In this document: positions 43,706 to 53,635 of the stretch, piece by piece
How positions within the stretch are numbered: position 1 is the stretch's first letter
How the letters are laid out: the number at the start of each line of letters is the position of its first letter
Assembly (NCBI GenBank): GCA_963823665.1
Contig: CAWGMQ010000008.1
Coordinates: forward strand, 1,568,001-1,632,000
DNA from: an uncultured Planctomycetota bacterium
Lineage (GTDB): Bacteria; Planctomycetota; Planctomycetia; Isosphaerales; Isosphaeraceae
Reading direction: 5' to 3'
DNA: 64,000 nt
The notes under the pieces: model-generated
What the model saw: only the letters and a program-made list of their open reading frames with translations
What the model was told of the DNA's origin: nothing
Database searches by the model: none
Made by a program: the position numbers and the translations under genes

Positions 43706-43734
43706 ACTTTGTAATTCAAAGTCATTTGTGTCAA
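43706..43734 (-). promoter_or_regulatory. TTGACA box with adjacent ACTTTG-N5-CAAAGT palindrome
   Basis: AT-rich patch upstream of the radical SAM remnant. Confidence 0.55.
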
Positions 43735-43884
43735 GGGGCGACTTGCCGTGATCTGGGACAGCACGCTGGTGCGTGACCTTGCCGTTCGAGGATAGAATTC
43801 AGGGTTGCGTGGTTTGGGGAATGTGAAGGAATTCGTTTGGGTCGATGCAGGGCGGGGTTCAAGGGCGAATTGTCAGGAGCGGCG

Positions 43885-44298
43885 ATGGAGATCGTTTACA
43901 AGCTCGAAGCCTACCCGGAGCTGCATCCGGACGAATTCATCGACCTGCTGGAGCGGTCAACGCTTGCCGAGCGGCGGCCGGTCGAGGAGGCGGAGACGGT
44001 CCGCGGCATGCTTGTGCACGCCGACGTGATCGTGACGGCGCGAGCGGGGGGATTGCTGGTCGGGGTTTCGAGGGCGATCACGGATTTTCACTACTGCACG
44101 TATCTTTCAGACCTTGCGGTAGACGAAAAATGGCAGCGCCGGGGGATCGGCCTCGAATTGATCAAACGGACGCATGAAGCGGCGGGCACCCAGACGACGT
44201 TGATCGTGCTCGCCGCGCCCCAGGCGCACACGTATTATCCGCACGTGGGGTTTTTCGGTCACGACTCGTGCTGGTACATTCCGCGCCAGCCGGCGCCA
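43885..44298 (+). CDS. GNAT acetyltransferase (true 3' end obscured by a repeat; frame stays open to 44808)
   Basis: [10 protein letters not shown]...[28 protein letters not shown]...YYPHVGF; AGGAG RBS. Confidence 0.85.
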
Positions 44299-44353
44299 GT
44301 TCCAGGGGCTGACGCTCCCTGGCTACGTGCTCTCGCCCCCTCCGGGGGCTCAA
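44299..44353. repeat. REP-like double hairpin, same family as 14330-14381
   Basis: GTTCCAGGGGCTGACGCTCCCTGGCTA...GCCCCCTCCGGGGGC. Confidence 0.7.
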
Positions 44354-44500
44354 AGCATACGGTCGCGGGTTGGCTCTGGTCATTCCGGCGACAAAGTGGC
44401 ATACTCAACCTGATTGCATCGGTTGGCGAGCGCGTGCAAAACGCGATCGCGCAGCCATTCGGATTCATGACCGGGAAAGCCGAGGCCGATGATGACAGCG

Positions 44501-45196
44501 ATGAAAAGAATAATGAGCTGTGCTCTGGGTCTTTTCGCGCTCGCGGGGGGTTTGCAGAGCCCGGCGAAGGCACAGATCGCATACGTGCCGGACATTGGTG
44601 CGATTCCGATCGGCTCAACGATGACGGTGACACCGGCCGTTTCGGCCGATCGTCGATACGTGCGGCTCACCGTCAATGCGTTCTTCAACGACCTCAACAA
44701 TATCCAGACGATCTCGTTCCCCGGCGGTGCCGTCGGCGGAAACTTCGGAGGAGGGTTCGGGGGCTTCGGTGGAGGAATCGCCGCAGGGATGAACGGAGTC
44801 ATTGGTGACGAGGGCTACGAGAGCGGTGTGCAAGTCGGGAACGGAATGAACGCACCGATGCAGGCCCAGGTTCGGCAGCCCGGCTTGATGCGGGCTGGGG
44901 CATTGCCTGGAGATGAAGGTGGTCTCGGGGTTGATCCGCTACCGAACGGCGCCGGCGTGGGGCAAGGTCAGGGAGGTGAGCTCGGGTTCATGCCCGGCTT
45001 CGAGGATGAGGCCGCCCTGATGATGGCCATGGAAAACGGCCCGGGACGACGAAGCGTTCGAGCAACGGGCGCGAGCCCAGGACGTCGTCCTCGCCGATCA
45101 TCGACCCGGAAGGCAACCAGATCGAGCCGCCGTTCGAGCTCGACCTCCGTGCAGAAGGCGGGTTCCAGCTCCGGTGCGGTCAAAACGGACCGCTGA
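44501..45196 (+). CDS. Secreted protein with a short secretin-like motif and Gly-rich/basic tail
   Basis: Signal peptide ending [26 protein letters not shown]. Confidence 0.7.
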   Translation: MKRIMSCALGLFALAGGLQSPAKAQIAYVPDIGAIPIGSTMTVTPAVSADRRYVRLTVNAFFNDLNNIQTISFPGGAVGGNFGGGFGGFGGGIAAGMNGVIGDEGYESGVQVGNGMNAPMQAQVRQPGLMRAGALPGDEGGLGVDPLPNGAGVGQGQGGELGFMPGFEDEAALMMAMENGPGRRSVRATGASPGRRPRRSSTRKATRSSRRSSSTSVQKAGSSSGAVKTDR

Positions 45197-45249
45197 GCGA
45201 CAGCAAGTGCCCGCCTCCCGAAATTCAATGGGCCGGCTCGACGGGCGTC

Positions 45250-46104
45250 TCATTCTGGGGCTTTGCGCATCGGATCGAAGTGCTTGACGAGCGTCACTTC
45301 GTTGCCAAGCTTGTTGTAGCGAAATTCGTCGACGAGGCCGCGAGCGAGCATGATTCCGAAGCCTCCTTCGCGGAGGCCGAGCTCGTTGCGGATCTCGATA
45401 TGGCCGATCGGGTCTTCGTCGGAGGCGGCGTGCGGTAGATTGCGCGGGTTAAAGCCCGGGCCCTGGTCGGTGATGATCAGGGTGATCGACGATGGGTTGA
45501 TGCGATAGGTGATTCGTAGCACGAGATCGGTGTTCTTGCGGTGGCCCCACTCGATGGCGTTTCCGCCCATCTCCATGATGGCTTGTTTCAGGTCCTTGAT
45601 GTGGCGGTCGGTCAAGGGCGTGTGGGCGAACAGGTCGGCCAGCATGTCGCTGGCCTCGGAAAGGTACCTCAGCTCGCTGCGCACGTCGAAATTGATCTCG
45701 CCGGTCGTGCCGCGTTTGTTATGTTCTTCGTTCCAGGCAAGCGCGGCATCCATGGTCTCGTAGAGCTGGGCGGGGGTGAACGGCTTGGTCAAATAGCCGT
45801 TGGCGCCGACCCGCACTCCGGCCGCGCGGTGATGGGCGTCGTGCGTGGCGGTGACCATCACGATGGGAATGAGGTTGGTCTCGCGAGCACGTTTGAGCCG
45901 GTCGCAGAGCTCGAACCCGCTCAAGTCCTCGAGCATCAAGTCCATGAGAATCAGATCGGGTTTCTGCTCGGCGACGGCCTTGAGAGCTTCCGCACCCGTG
46001 AAAACCTGGATCGGTTGGAAATTACGCGCCTGCACCAGACCGGCCAGAATGTCGTTGGTGTCGCGCTCATCTTCGACGACCAGAACGGTGCGCGGCATGG
46101 GCAA
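45250..46104 (-). CDS. Response regulator receiver fused to RsbW-like anti-sigma kinase (HATPase_c_2)
   Basis: VLVVEDE, DLILMDL, TKPF; EMGGNAIEWG, DQGPGF, GGFGI, GNEVTL. Confidence 0.9.
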   Translation of the reverse strand: MPMPRTVLVVEDERDTNDILAGLVQARNFQPIQVFTGAEALKAVAEQKPDLILMDLMLEDLSGFELCDRLKRARETNLIPIVMVTATHDAHHRAAGVRVGANGYLTKPFTPAQLYETMDAALAWNEEHNKRGTTGEINFDVRSELRYLSEASDMLADLFAHTPLTDRHIKDLKQAIMEMGGNAIEWGHRKNTDLVLRITYRINPSSITLIITDQGPGFNPRNLPHAASDEDPIGHIEIRNELGLREGGFGIMLARGLVDEFRYNKLGNEVTLVKHFDPMRKAPE

Positions 46105-46445
46105 AAACTCTAAGAGCCTACGGGAATCCGACGATGCTGCGGTGCGTGAGGCGATCGCCAGAACAGTTCAATGCATTCTCGCGCCGAGCGAAGCGTGGCA
46201 AGGCTTTACACGAGCGGAGTGCCGCATCACCCTCGCGGCGGCAACTCGTCAGAAACGTTTGATGGATAACGCGAGGGCGCCTGCAGAGCAGCACAGCCCT
46301 TGCCCTGGCGAGCACACCCCGGCACAATAAACTAGAACATCAGCGAGCTTTGGAGCCCCGCGCGGCCGAATGGGCGTGTTGTCCTTCCGCGGCTTGTCTC
46401 TGAGCTCCTCCCTCCTTCGCCGACAGCTTTGGGGAACTTCCTGCC

Positions 46446-47075
46446 ATGATGGTCACAAGGATAATTGACGCATTCGGTTACGTCATTTACGCTGCGCTTG
46501 CAGGCCTGGCCGTGTGGGGTGTGTATAACGGCATCCTCCTGTACCGGACGTTGATGAAAAAAACGATTCACGAGCCGGAGCAATTCATCGACCAGCTTCG
46601 CGATCTGTGCGGGGCGAAGCGTTATGACCAGGCGCTGAACCTGTGCCAGAGCCCGCCGCAGTGGCACACGGCGCTCGCGCAGCTCGTTGCGGTTGCGTTG
46701 CGAAATCGGGGCAGGGGGCTGGCCAAGATCAAGCAGTTGGTGGTGACGGAATTTCACGCCGAAGTCATTGCGGGGATGGAAAATCGCCTTGGCTCCATCT
46801 CGACGATCGTGCGGATGGGCCCGCTTCTGGGGCTGGTCGGCACGGTGGCCAGCATGATCGCGGCCTTCGGCCGCATCGGTGGTTCCGAGAAGGCAGATCC
46901 GCATGCCCTGGCTACTGACATCAGTCTGGCGCTCTGGGCCACGGGCGCGGGGCTCCTGATCGCCAATCCGATGATGCTTATTGGGAACGATGTGCACGCA
47001 AAGCTGCGTCGGCTGCGCGACCGGACCGAGCGGCAGCTTTCGGACGTGTTTGAATTCGTGGAACCCAAGAAATAG
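46446..47075 (+). CDS. MotA/TolQ/ExbB proton channel protein
   Basis: GPLLGLVGTVASMIAAF...ISLALWATGAGL. Confidence 0.92.
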   Translation: MMVTRIIDAFGYVIYAALAGLAVWGVYNGILLYRTLMKKTIHEPEQFIDQLRDLCGAKRYDQALNLCQSPPQWHTALAQLVAVALRNRGRGLAKIKQLVVTEFHAEVIAGMENRLGSISTIVRMGPLLGLVGTVASMIAAFGRIGGSEKADPHALATDISLALWATGAGLLIANPMMLIGNDVHAKLRRLRDRTERQLSDVFEFVEPKK

Positions 47076-47090
47076 GGGCTTGCGACTGAG

Positions 47091-47525
47091 ATGCTATTTC
47101 GCCGCGAGGACAACGAGGACCGGAACGAACACATCGACATGACTCCGATGGTGGACGTCGTATTTCAATTGATGACGTTCATGTTGTTTTCGGTGCAGAT
47201 GACCGGTGGAGAGAAGGTGGATGTGCCGCCGGCACGGCATGGTATCGGTGTCGAGGAGACGGCCGCGACGTTTCTGAGCATGACCAAGCCGTCCGGCCCG
47301 GGGAATGAGACGAAGCTCTTGCTGGGTATCGGCGAAGGGCCGACTGTCACGCTCGAGCAGGCGAGGAAGGCGGTAGCCGACGGAGTGAAGGACGGTCGCG
47401 CGAAAGTGGTAATCCAGGCCGACGGCGACGTTCCGCACGGTGAGATTGTCAAGGTTGTCGGTGCTGTGGGGCAAGTTGAAGGGGTCACGGTTCACCTGGG
47501 CGTTCAAGAGCCGCGCGGCCGATAA
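47091..47525 (+). CDS. ExbD/TolR family protein
   Basis: IDMTPMVDVVFQL; IQADGDVPHG. Confidence 0.92.
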   Translation: MLFRREDNEDRNEHIDMTPMVDVVFQLMTFMLFSVQMTGGEKVDVPPARHGIGVEETAATFLSMTKPSGPGNETKLLLGIGEGPTVTLEQARKAVADGVKDGRAKVVIQADGDVPHGEIVKVVGAVGQVEGVTVHLGVQEPRGR

Positions 47526-47574
47526 GAAAGAGCGCGCGGCCCGGTTTTGATCGACACAATTCTCGGAGGGCCCA

Positions 47575-48789
47575 TTGGCGAACTGGGATGTCTTCCACGC
47601 AGACCGCCTCGAGCTTGAGCGCGGTCTCGAGCCGGCGGCCATACGCCGGGCTTTTGAGAGCGGCAAGCTACGCGATGACGATCTGGTGCGCCCTGCGGGC
47701 ACGACCGTGGCCTGGTCACGTCTGGCAGACATGCCGGAGCTGACCCGGGCCGCACCGGCTTCAGTCGAGGTTGCGCAGAGCACGCCTGTCTCGAATCAGG
47801 CCCCCGTTCCACAAGCCGCGGCTGCCTCGCCGCCGCTCTCCGATTACGAGGTCGAATCGGATGATTTCGGACCGGAGCTCGCCGATTCTCCGGCCACCTT
47901 GCGCGCACCGGACTTCGTTCAACTTGGGGCGGAATCGGATGTGGCTTTCCCCGTGATCAACGATCAGCCGCGCGCAGCAGAACCTTCGGCCCGCGCCTCC
48001 AAAGACGCCGGGCCGGACGCTCCGGGCGGATGGCTCTGGGCGGAAGAGGTCGAAGAAGATGATTACGACTTCAAGGAAGAGAACAAGCCGGCGGCCGTAC
48101 CAGCAGCGGCTGCCGGCGGGCTTGAGATACTCGAGGACGAATCCCTGGACGCCGTGCCGGTTGATGATGCGGACGAGGACGAGGGCGTCAACCTCGGCGA
48201 ACAACCCAGCCGAGTGGCTCTGCCGGTCATCGATTCACGAGGTTGGGACGACATTCCGGACGGACCCGAAGAAGAGGAGGAGGGCGACCTCTCGCTTTCG
48301 CGAAGCGGGCCGGCGACCGTCGAAGAGCTGGACCTAGCTCCGATGGTCGACGTGGCGTTTCAGCTCGTGTTGTTCTTCATGGTCACGGCGACAACCGTCC
48401 TTTACAAAACACTCGAGATCCCCAAGCCGTCGCAGGAGCAGGCGCCCACGTCCGTGGCCCAGGGAAGGTCGCTTGAAGACCTTCAGGACGACAATGTGCT
48501 GGTCGAGGTCGACTCAACAGGCGGCGTGAAGATCGATCGCGAGCCGGTGCGCAACACCATGGAAGCGATTGTCGAGCAGTTGCGCACAGCGCGTGAGAAG
48601 ACCGGCCGTAAGACGATGCTGCTCTCGGCCGACTACGCCACGAAACACCGGCACTGCGTGCTGGTGATCGATGCGGCCCACGAGATCGGGATGAACATCG
48701 TGATCGCCAAGCCAGCGGCTCCGCAGGCAGCGGCGCCGAGTATGTTGTCGGCACCGGCCGCACCGGCCGCACCTACGGCTCCGCCGTGA
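47575..48789 (+). CDS. ExbD/TolR protein with N-terminal GYF_2-like domain and long acidic linker
   Basis: N-terminal AFESGKLRDDDLVRPAG...WSRLADMPEL; C-terminal LDLAPMVDVAFQLVLFFMV. Confidence 0.85.
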   Translation: MANWDVFHADRLELERGLEPAAIRRAFESGKLRDDDLVRPAGTTVAWSRLADMPELTRAAPASVEVAQSTPVSNQAPVPQAAAASPPLSDYEVESDDFGPELADSPATLRAPDFVQLGAESDVAFPVINDQPRAAEPSARASKDAGPDAPGGWLWAEEVEEDDYDFKEENKPAAVPAAAAGGLEILEDESLDAVPVDDADEDEGVNLGEQPSRVALPVIDSRGWDDIPDGPEEEEEGDLSLSRSGPATVEELDLAPMVDVAFQLVLFFMVTATTVLYKTLEIPKPSQEQAPTSVAQGRSLEDLQDDNVLVEVDSTGGVKIDREPVRNTMEAIVEQLRTAREKTGRKTMLLSADYATKHRHCVLVIDAAHEIGMNIVIAKPAAPQAAAPSMLSAPAAPAAPTAPP

Positions 48790-48809
48790 GACGAAAGTCG
48801 AGGTAGGGA

Positions 48810-49943
48810 TTGCGGCGCGTCCTGGGGGGGGTGCTGACGGCGGCTGGAATTGCGGCGATCCTGGGAATCTCGGCGCTGGCGATCTTCTTCCTTCAGCCAT
48901 ACGGCGAGCGGCAATGGATCTCGCTCGCGCTAGCCGCAATGATGGTGGGCTTGATCGTGGCCCTCAGGCGCAAGCGCACCGAGTCGATTTCGACTGTTCC
49001 CCGAGCGGTCCCGAGCGCTGCTCGATTTTTGCGGCTGGCGGAAATGGTGCTGTTCGGCGTGCTCGGCGGCTGGCTGGCGCTCATCGGCTGGTCTGCCTTG
49101 AGCCCAGGCGGAACAGTGCCTCAGGCGAAGTCGCAACCAGAGATCATCCGCGTCGTCACCTGGAATATCCTCCACGGAACGGAGAATGGTACGCCCTGGA
49201 GCCGTTTCGGCTGGCCGGTGCGGAAGCGTGCGCTCGAGCAGGCGCTGCTGGCGACGGCGCCGGAGATCCTCTGCGTGCAGGAGGCACTTGACGACCAGGT
49301 GAGCGGACTGGCGAATCTTCTTCCGGGATATGGCCGCGTGGGGGTTGGGCGCGATGATGGACGCTCTGCCGGCGAGTTCTGCGCGGTGTTTTTCGATCGC
49401 GGGCGATTTGAAGAGCTTGACGGTGGGACATTCTGGCTTGAAGAGCCGACGGCCGCGCCACCCCGGCATACGTATCTGGGGCCGAAGCGCATCTGCACGT
49501 GGGTACGGTTGCGAGACCGGCGGAGCGGGGGCACATTCCGCGTTTACAACTTGCATTCGTACCTGACGGAGGGGGCGCGTCTGGCGGCGGCGCGGATCAT
49601 TCTGGGGCGGATCGCGCAGGGAGGTCCTGCTGATGGCGTGCTGGTCACGGGTGATTTCAATGCGGTTCCAGGATCACCCGACCGTCTGATCTTTGAGGAC
49701 GCGGGACTGGAATCGAGTGATGCGCTCGTGGGTGGTGTGACGGGCGCTGCGACGTATCAGTTTTACGGCATACGTCTGAAGAGTCTGGACGACGTGCTCG
49801 TGAATCGAGGCTGGCGCGTTCTTGCGCGTCGGGTGCTGGATATGAAGCCGGGGAATGCGTTTCCCTCGGATCATTTTGGGGTGATGGTGGATCTCGTTTT
49901 GCAGAAGGATCGATCGCAGGTGCGCCGCGAATCGACGGAATAG
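48810..49943 (+). CDS. Endonuclease/exonuclease/phosphatase family protein with N-terminal TM helices
   Basis: TWNI, LCVQE, GDFN, PSDH. Confidence 0.9.
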   Translation: MRRVLGGVLTAAGIAAILGISALAIFFLQPYGERQWISLALAAMMVGLIVALRRKRTESISTVPRAVPSAARFLRLAEMVLFGVLGGWLALIGWSALSPGGTVPQAKSQPEIIRVVTWNILHGTENGTPWSRFGWPVRKRALEQALLATAPEILCVQEALDDQVSGLANLLPGYGRVGVGRDDGRSAGEFCAVFFDRGRFEELDGGTFWLEEPTAAPPRHTYLGPKRICTWVRLRDRRSGGTFRVYNLHSYLTEGARLAAARIILGRIAQGGPADGVLVTGDFNAVPGSPDRLIFEDAGLESSDALVGGVTGAATYQFYGIRLKSLDDVLVNRGWRVLARRVLDMKPGNAFPSDHFGVMVDLVLQKDRSQVRRESTE

Positions 49944-50044
49944 AGAATGTGGCGGACGGGCTTGCTTCGGCGGTAGGCTATTTGTAATGCCGCAGGTTTC
50001 ATTTCACTGGCCGATGTCGTTCCATTATCTCCCGGAGGATTCGG

Positions 50045-50839
50045 ATGACTCAGCCTGCATCACAACCCGATGGTTCGCCTCCTGTAAGCCGCCGCGACCT
50101 TTTGCGCCTCGGGGCGGCTTCGTTGGGAGCCCCGTTGCTGGCTACTCCGACGGCGTCTCCAGCGTCGGCCGATCGGCCCGCTGCCGAGGCGACTGGCCTG
50201 CCCGACTTCCCCGCGTGGGAGGCCTTTCCCCTATGGGAAGGCGAGGACTATCCCGAGCATCCCGACCTCCGTGCCAGGACGGTCAACAACCTCAAGTTCA
50301 TGGGCGTGGCCATGCACAATTTCGCGGCGATGTACGGCGGGCGGTTCCCGGCGGCCGCGATTCGCAAGGGTGGCCAGGCGATCCTGAGCTGGCGCGTGGC
50401 GATTCTGCCGTATCTCGAACAGTTCGCGCTTTACGAGAGGTTTCATCTCGACGAGGCCTGGGACAGCTCGCACAACGCGTCGCTGCTGAATGAGATGCCG
50501 CGTGTCTATGCGCCGGTCGGCCGAGAGGAAACGCCGGGCTACCACACGCACTACCAGTGGATCGTGGGTCCGGGATCGCTTCTGAACGGGGACGAAGGCA
50601 CGAGGGTAGACGTGAACATCTTTGGAAGGCCTACCCTGATGATCGTCGAGGCGGCCGATGCCGTCCCATGGACGAAGCCCGCGGACTTGCCCTACGACGC
50701 TGGGAAGCCGTTGCCAAGACTCGGAGGGCCGTTTGAGAACGGCTCGTATGCGACCTTCGGCGATGGGTCGGTACGGTTCCTCGGCAGGGAGCTTTCTGCC
50801 GAAATGGTGCGAGGCCTGATCACGGGGCGTCGGGCGTAA
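50045..50839 (+). CDS. DUF1559-domain protein with Tat signal
   Basis: SRRDLL; NNLKFMGVAMHNF, LSWRVAILPYLE, WTKP, FGDGSVRF. Confidence 0.88.
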   Translation: MTQPASQPDGSPPVSRRDLLRLGAASLGAPLLATPTASPASADRPAAEATGLPDFPAWEAFPLWEGEDYPEHPDLRARTVNNLKFMGVAMHNFAAMYGGRFPAAAIRKGGQAILSWRVAILPYLEQFALYERFHLDEAWDSSHNASLLNEMPRVYAPVGREETPGYHTHYQWIVGPGSLLNGDEGTRVDVNIFGRPTLMIVEAADAVPWTKPADLPYDAGKPLPRLGGPFENGSYATFGDGSVRFLGRELSAEMVRGLITGRRA

Positions 50840-51027
50840 GGTCGTAAAGGTCGAACAGGATGAAGTGATCCGTTACTTTTTCCCTGGCATCGGGCCGCTT
50901 GCATCTTGGCCGGTGGGATGCCGGCCGCTACAATCGTCTGCAGGGCTGAATACGTCGACACGAGTGCGACGAACCGGTAAACAGGCAAACAAATCGCTCG
51001 ACGTACTTTCTTACTGCAGCGAAACTT

Positions 51028-51099
<72 letters not shown>

Positions 51100-51489
51100 T
51101 TGAAACGCGAAACCGTTTTCCGAGGGCTCTTGCGCTGGGAGGTCGATCGTTGCGGTTCAGGTCTCTGTGCGCTTAGAAACCGCTAGCTTCCGGGGCGATT
51201 ACTGGGATGGCGTTCGTGGCGTCATTCGCGGTGAGCGGGAGCTTGTGCCGTTTTCGGGCAACTCGGTCCCGATGGCCTTAACCCCCTTCGTAGTCTGCGA
51301 TTGTCCACGGCGAGATGGACATTTCGGCGGGGGCGATCTCGTACAGATGGTGGTGGCGAAATCACGCTGTCAGAACGCATGGCTCCGCGCGTCGTCGGAT
51401 CGGGCGAGCTTGCGACTCGCGTCGCGAATACCGAAGGTTATACTGGAGTGAGTGCGAAGTCCGTTGCGTAATACTGAGCGGAAGCTCTC

Positions 51490-52254
51490 ATGGCTCGACA
51501 TCAGTACAAAAGACCTCCCGTGGCGGAGGCCATATGCCAGATTCAACTGCCTCCCATTGCGGGGTCGAGCGCCGCTGAGCTGGCGCGCCTAATTGAGAGC
51601 ATTTCCGCGATGTATCCCGGACAATCGACTGAGCGGATTGAAGTGAAGGCGGATTGGGCGGGCGGAGTCTCCGCGGACGGAAGTCCCGAAGTACAATCGA
51701 CATATAAGATTGTTCGGAAAACTCTGTTCCCGTCTGAGCATGGCACAAGGTTCGTGGCCGTCAGCGCGAATGAGGTTAGTATCCACACGTTGAGTCCTTA
51801 TGACGGCTGGGGGCCGTTCCGCGAGAGGATTGCGCAAGTTCTTACCGCCTGCGGGAGAGCGCAGACTCTTCGGCCTGCTCTCCGCGTCGCGGTGCGTTAC
51901 ATCAATCGGGTGGCCTTTCCAGGGTATAATATTCCTTTGAGCGCTTACTTCACGAAGGCGCCGGAATACCCGGATGAGGTCCCGGTGCAGGGAATGCAGA
52001 GGTTCTTGAGTAGGGTTGAGTGTCTGTACGCAGATCCGTCGATTAGCCTGACGATAGTCATGGCGGACATCGAGCCGAAGGGGATTCAGTTCCCTTCCTT
52101 CATTCTTGATCTTGAGGTCGCGTGGGCGAACTCGACCGGAACCCTGGCCATCTCTGCAGCCCTTCCGTTGATCGAGGACTTGAAGGAAAGGCTTTCGGTT
52201 GCATTTGAGAACTGCGTCACCGAGGAAGCGCGGAGGGAGTTCGATGTCGAGTAA
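51490..52254 (+). CDS. TIGR04255 family protein
   Basis: YKRPPVAEAICQIQ, RVAVRYINRV, FILDLEV, FENCVTEEAR. Confidence 0.85.
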   Translation: MARHQYKRPPVAEAICQIQLPPIAGSSAAELARLIESISAMYPGQSTERIEVKADWAGGVSADGSPEVQSTYKIVRKTLFPSEHGTRFVAVSANEVSIHTLSPYDGWGPFRERIAQVLTACGRAQTLRPALRVAVRYINRVAFPGYNIPLSAYFTKAPEYPDEVPVQGMQRFLSRVECLYADPSISLTIVMADIEPKGIQFPSFILDLEVAWANSTGTLAISAALPLIEDLKERLSVAFENCVTEEARREFDVE

Positions 52255-52639
52255 GTTGGTGATCGGGTGCCCACAGGATGGGGGATTGTCGCCCGGTGAG
52301 AGTCTTGCGATCGCGGGTCGGACTTCCAAGGATGGTCCTGGCGGATCGCCAACGCTTTCAGAGTCCATCGATGCGCGCCTACGATTGCTCAGCGCCAGAG
52401 TGATGGATGATATTAACCGCGCCACCGAAGGGGCGTGGGACCGGTTAAACCGGCGTCGGCTGAAGTTGATCGATAAGGACATGGAGCATGGATTGTCAGC
52501 GGTGGAAAAGGCGGAACTCGACGAGCTCGAAAAGGAGGCCGAAGACTACGTAAATAGAGTAGCTCCGCTGCCTTTCGGGATGCTCGAGAAGCTTAAAGAA
52601 TGTGCGGCCAAGGACGGGTTTATCATCAGCTTGGATTAA
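52244..52639 (+). CDS. Small helical hypothetical protein (antitoxin candidate)
   Basis: Overlaps the upstream stop, GGAGGGAG RBS; WDRLNRRRLKLIDK...ELDELEKE...PLP. Confidence 0.75.
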   Translation: MSSKLVIGCPQDGGLSPGESLAIAGRTSKDGPGGSPTLSESIDARLRLLSARVMDDINRATEGAWDRLNRRRLKLIDKDMEHGLSAVEKAELDELEKEAEDYVNRVAPLPFGMLEKLKECAAKDGFIISLD

Positions 52640-52659
52640 AGGGGTTCAGTGGGATCGTG

Positions 52660-53268
52660 ATGTGTTACGACTATCCGTCGGTGCCGCACGAGCGAATCCA
52701 TGGACCCGCGGGCTATACGGACTATAAAAGCTACAAGGAATGGCTAAGGGACGAGTTTGAATTTCGCTGTGTCTACTGTCTGACCCGGGAGACCTGGAAC
52801 CCAGCCGGCGCTGAAGTGTTCGGTGTGGACCATATACTCCACAAGGCAGTGCATAAGGAGATCGCATGTGATTATACGAACCTTGTGTATTGTTGCAATC
52901 GTTGCAACACGCGCAAGTCGACGGGCGTGCTTCTTGATCCCTGCCGCGAAGCGTATGGCGTGCACTTGTTTGTTGAGCGAAGTGGAGAGGTCAGACCTCG
53001 AACGGCTGATGGGGAGTTGATCGTCAAAAAGCTTGGCTTGAATAAGCCGGAGCCGATGAGGTTCCGCCGAGGTTTGATTCGACTAATCGCGATTGCACTA
53101 GAACAGCCAAACGGAGAAACCGCGAAGGCAATTCGAGAATGGATGGGCTATCCTGCAATCCTGCCGGATCTAAGCAAGTTGTCCGTTCCGCAAAACCTCA
53201 AGCCCGAGGGGATCACGAGAAGCCATTTCGAGCGGAGAGCGAGAGGCGATCTGCCCGAGATCTATTAG
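52660..53268 (+). CDS. HNH endonuclease
   Basis: RCVYC...GVDH...YTNLVYCCNRCNTRK. Confidence 0.9.
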   Translation: MCYDYPSVPHERIHGPAGYTDYKSYKEWLRDEFEFRCVYCLTRETWNPAGAEVFGVDHILHKAVHKEIACDYTNLVYCCNRCNTRKSTGVLLDPCREAYGVHLFVERSGEVRPRTADGELIVKKLGLNKPEPMRFRRGLIRLIAIALEQPNGETAKAIREWMGYPAILPDLSKLSVPQNLKPEGITRSHFERRARGDLPEIY

Positions 53269-53351
53269 GCGGGTGCTGGTTCTCAGCGCTACGGACCTGC
53301 GAGATTGGTTTGCCACGGATCGGGCTCGATCGCAATCGCACGGGCATCGGA

Positions 53352-53375
53352 GCACTGGCAAAGCCAGTGCCACCC
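53352..53375. repeat. REP-like hairpin GCACTGGC-AAA-GCCAGTGC-CACCC
   Basis: Perfect 8-bp stem in the intergenic region after the HNH gene. Confidence 0.55.
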
Positions 53376-53635
53376 GATGGAGGTGGCTGCGACCATCGGC
53401 AACCTTGGCACGCAGGCTCCGTACTTTCGCGGACCGAAAGACGCCGATCAAAAAGGGAGTCCCATGCGACGTGGGCGCGAGACATCTAAAAGCCCGCAAT
53501 TCTTGCGGTGCGCTCCAGCTCACCTTATCGCTGGCGATTGCAGACAGGTAACGCATTTTTGCGAGATGGCGAGACGACGGTAGGATGCGCTCCTATGTGA
53601 TCTCACGATGAGGCCGACTTCATGATGATCGACTC

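Noticed and set aside
51100..53600. Integrative element or prophage at tRNA-Gly
   Set aside because: No integrase gene, and I saw no duplicated tRNA 3' end.
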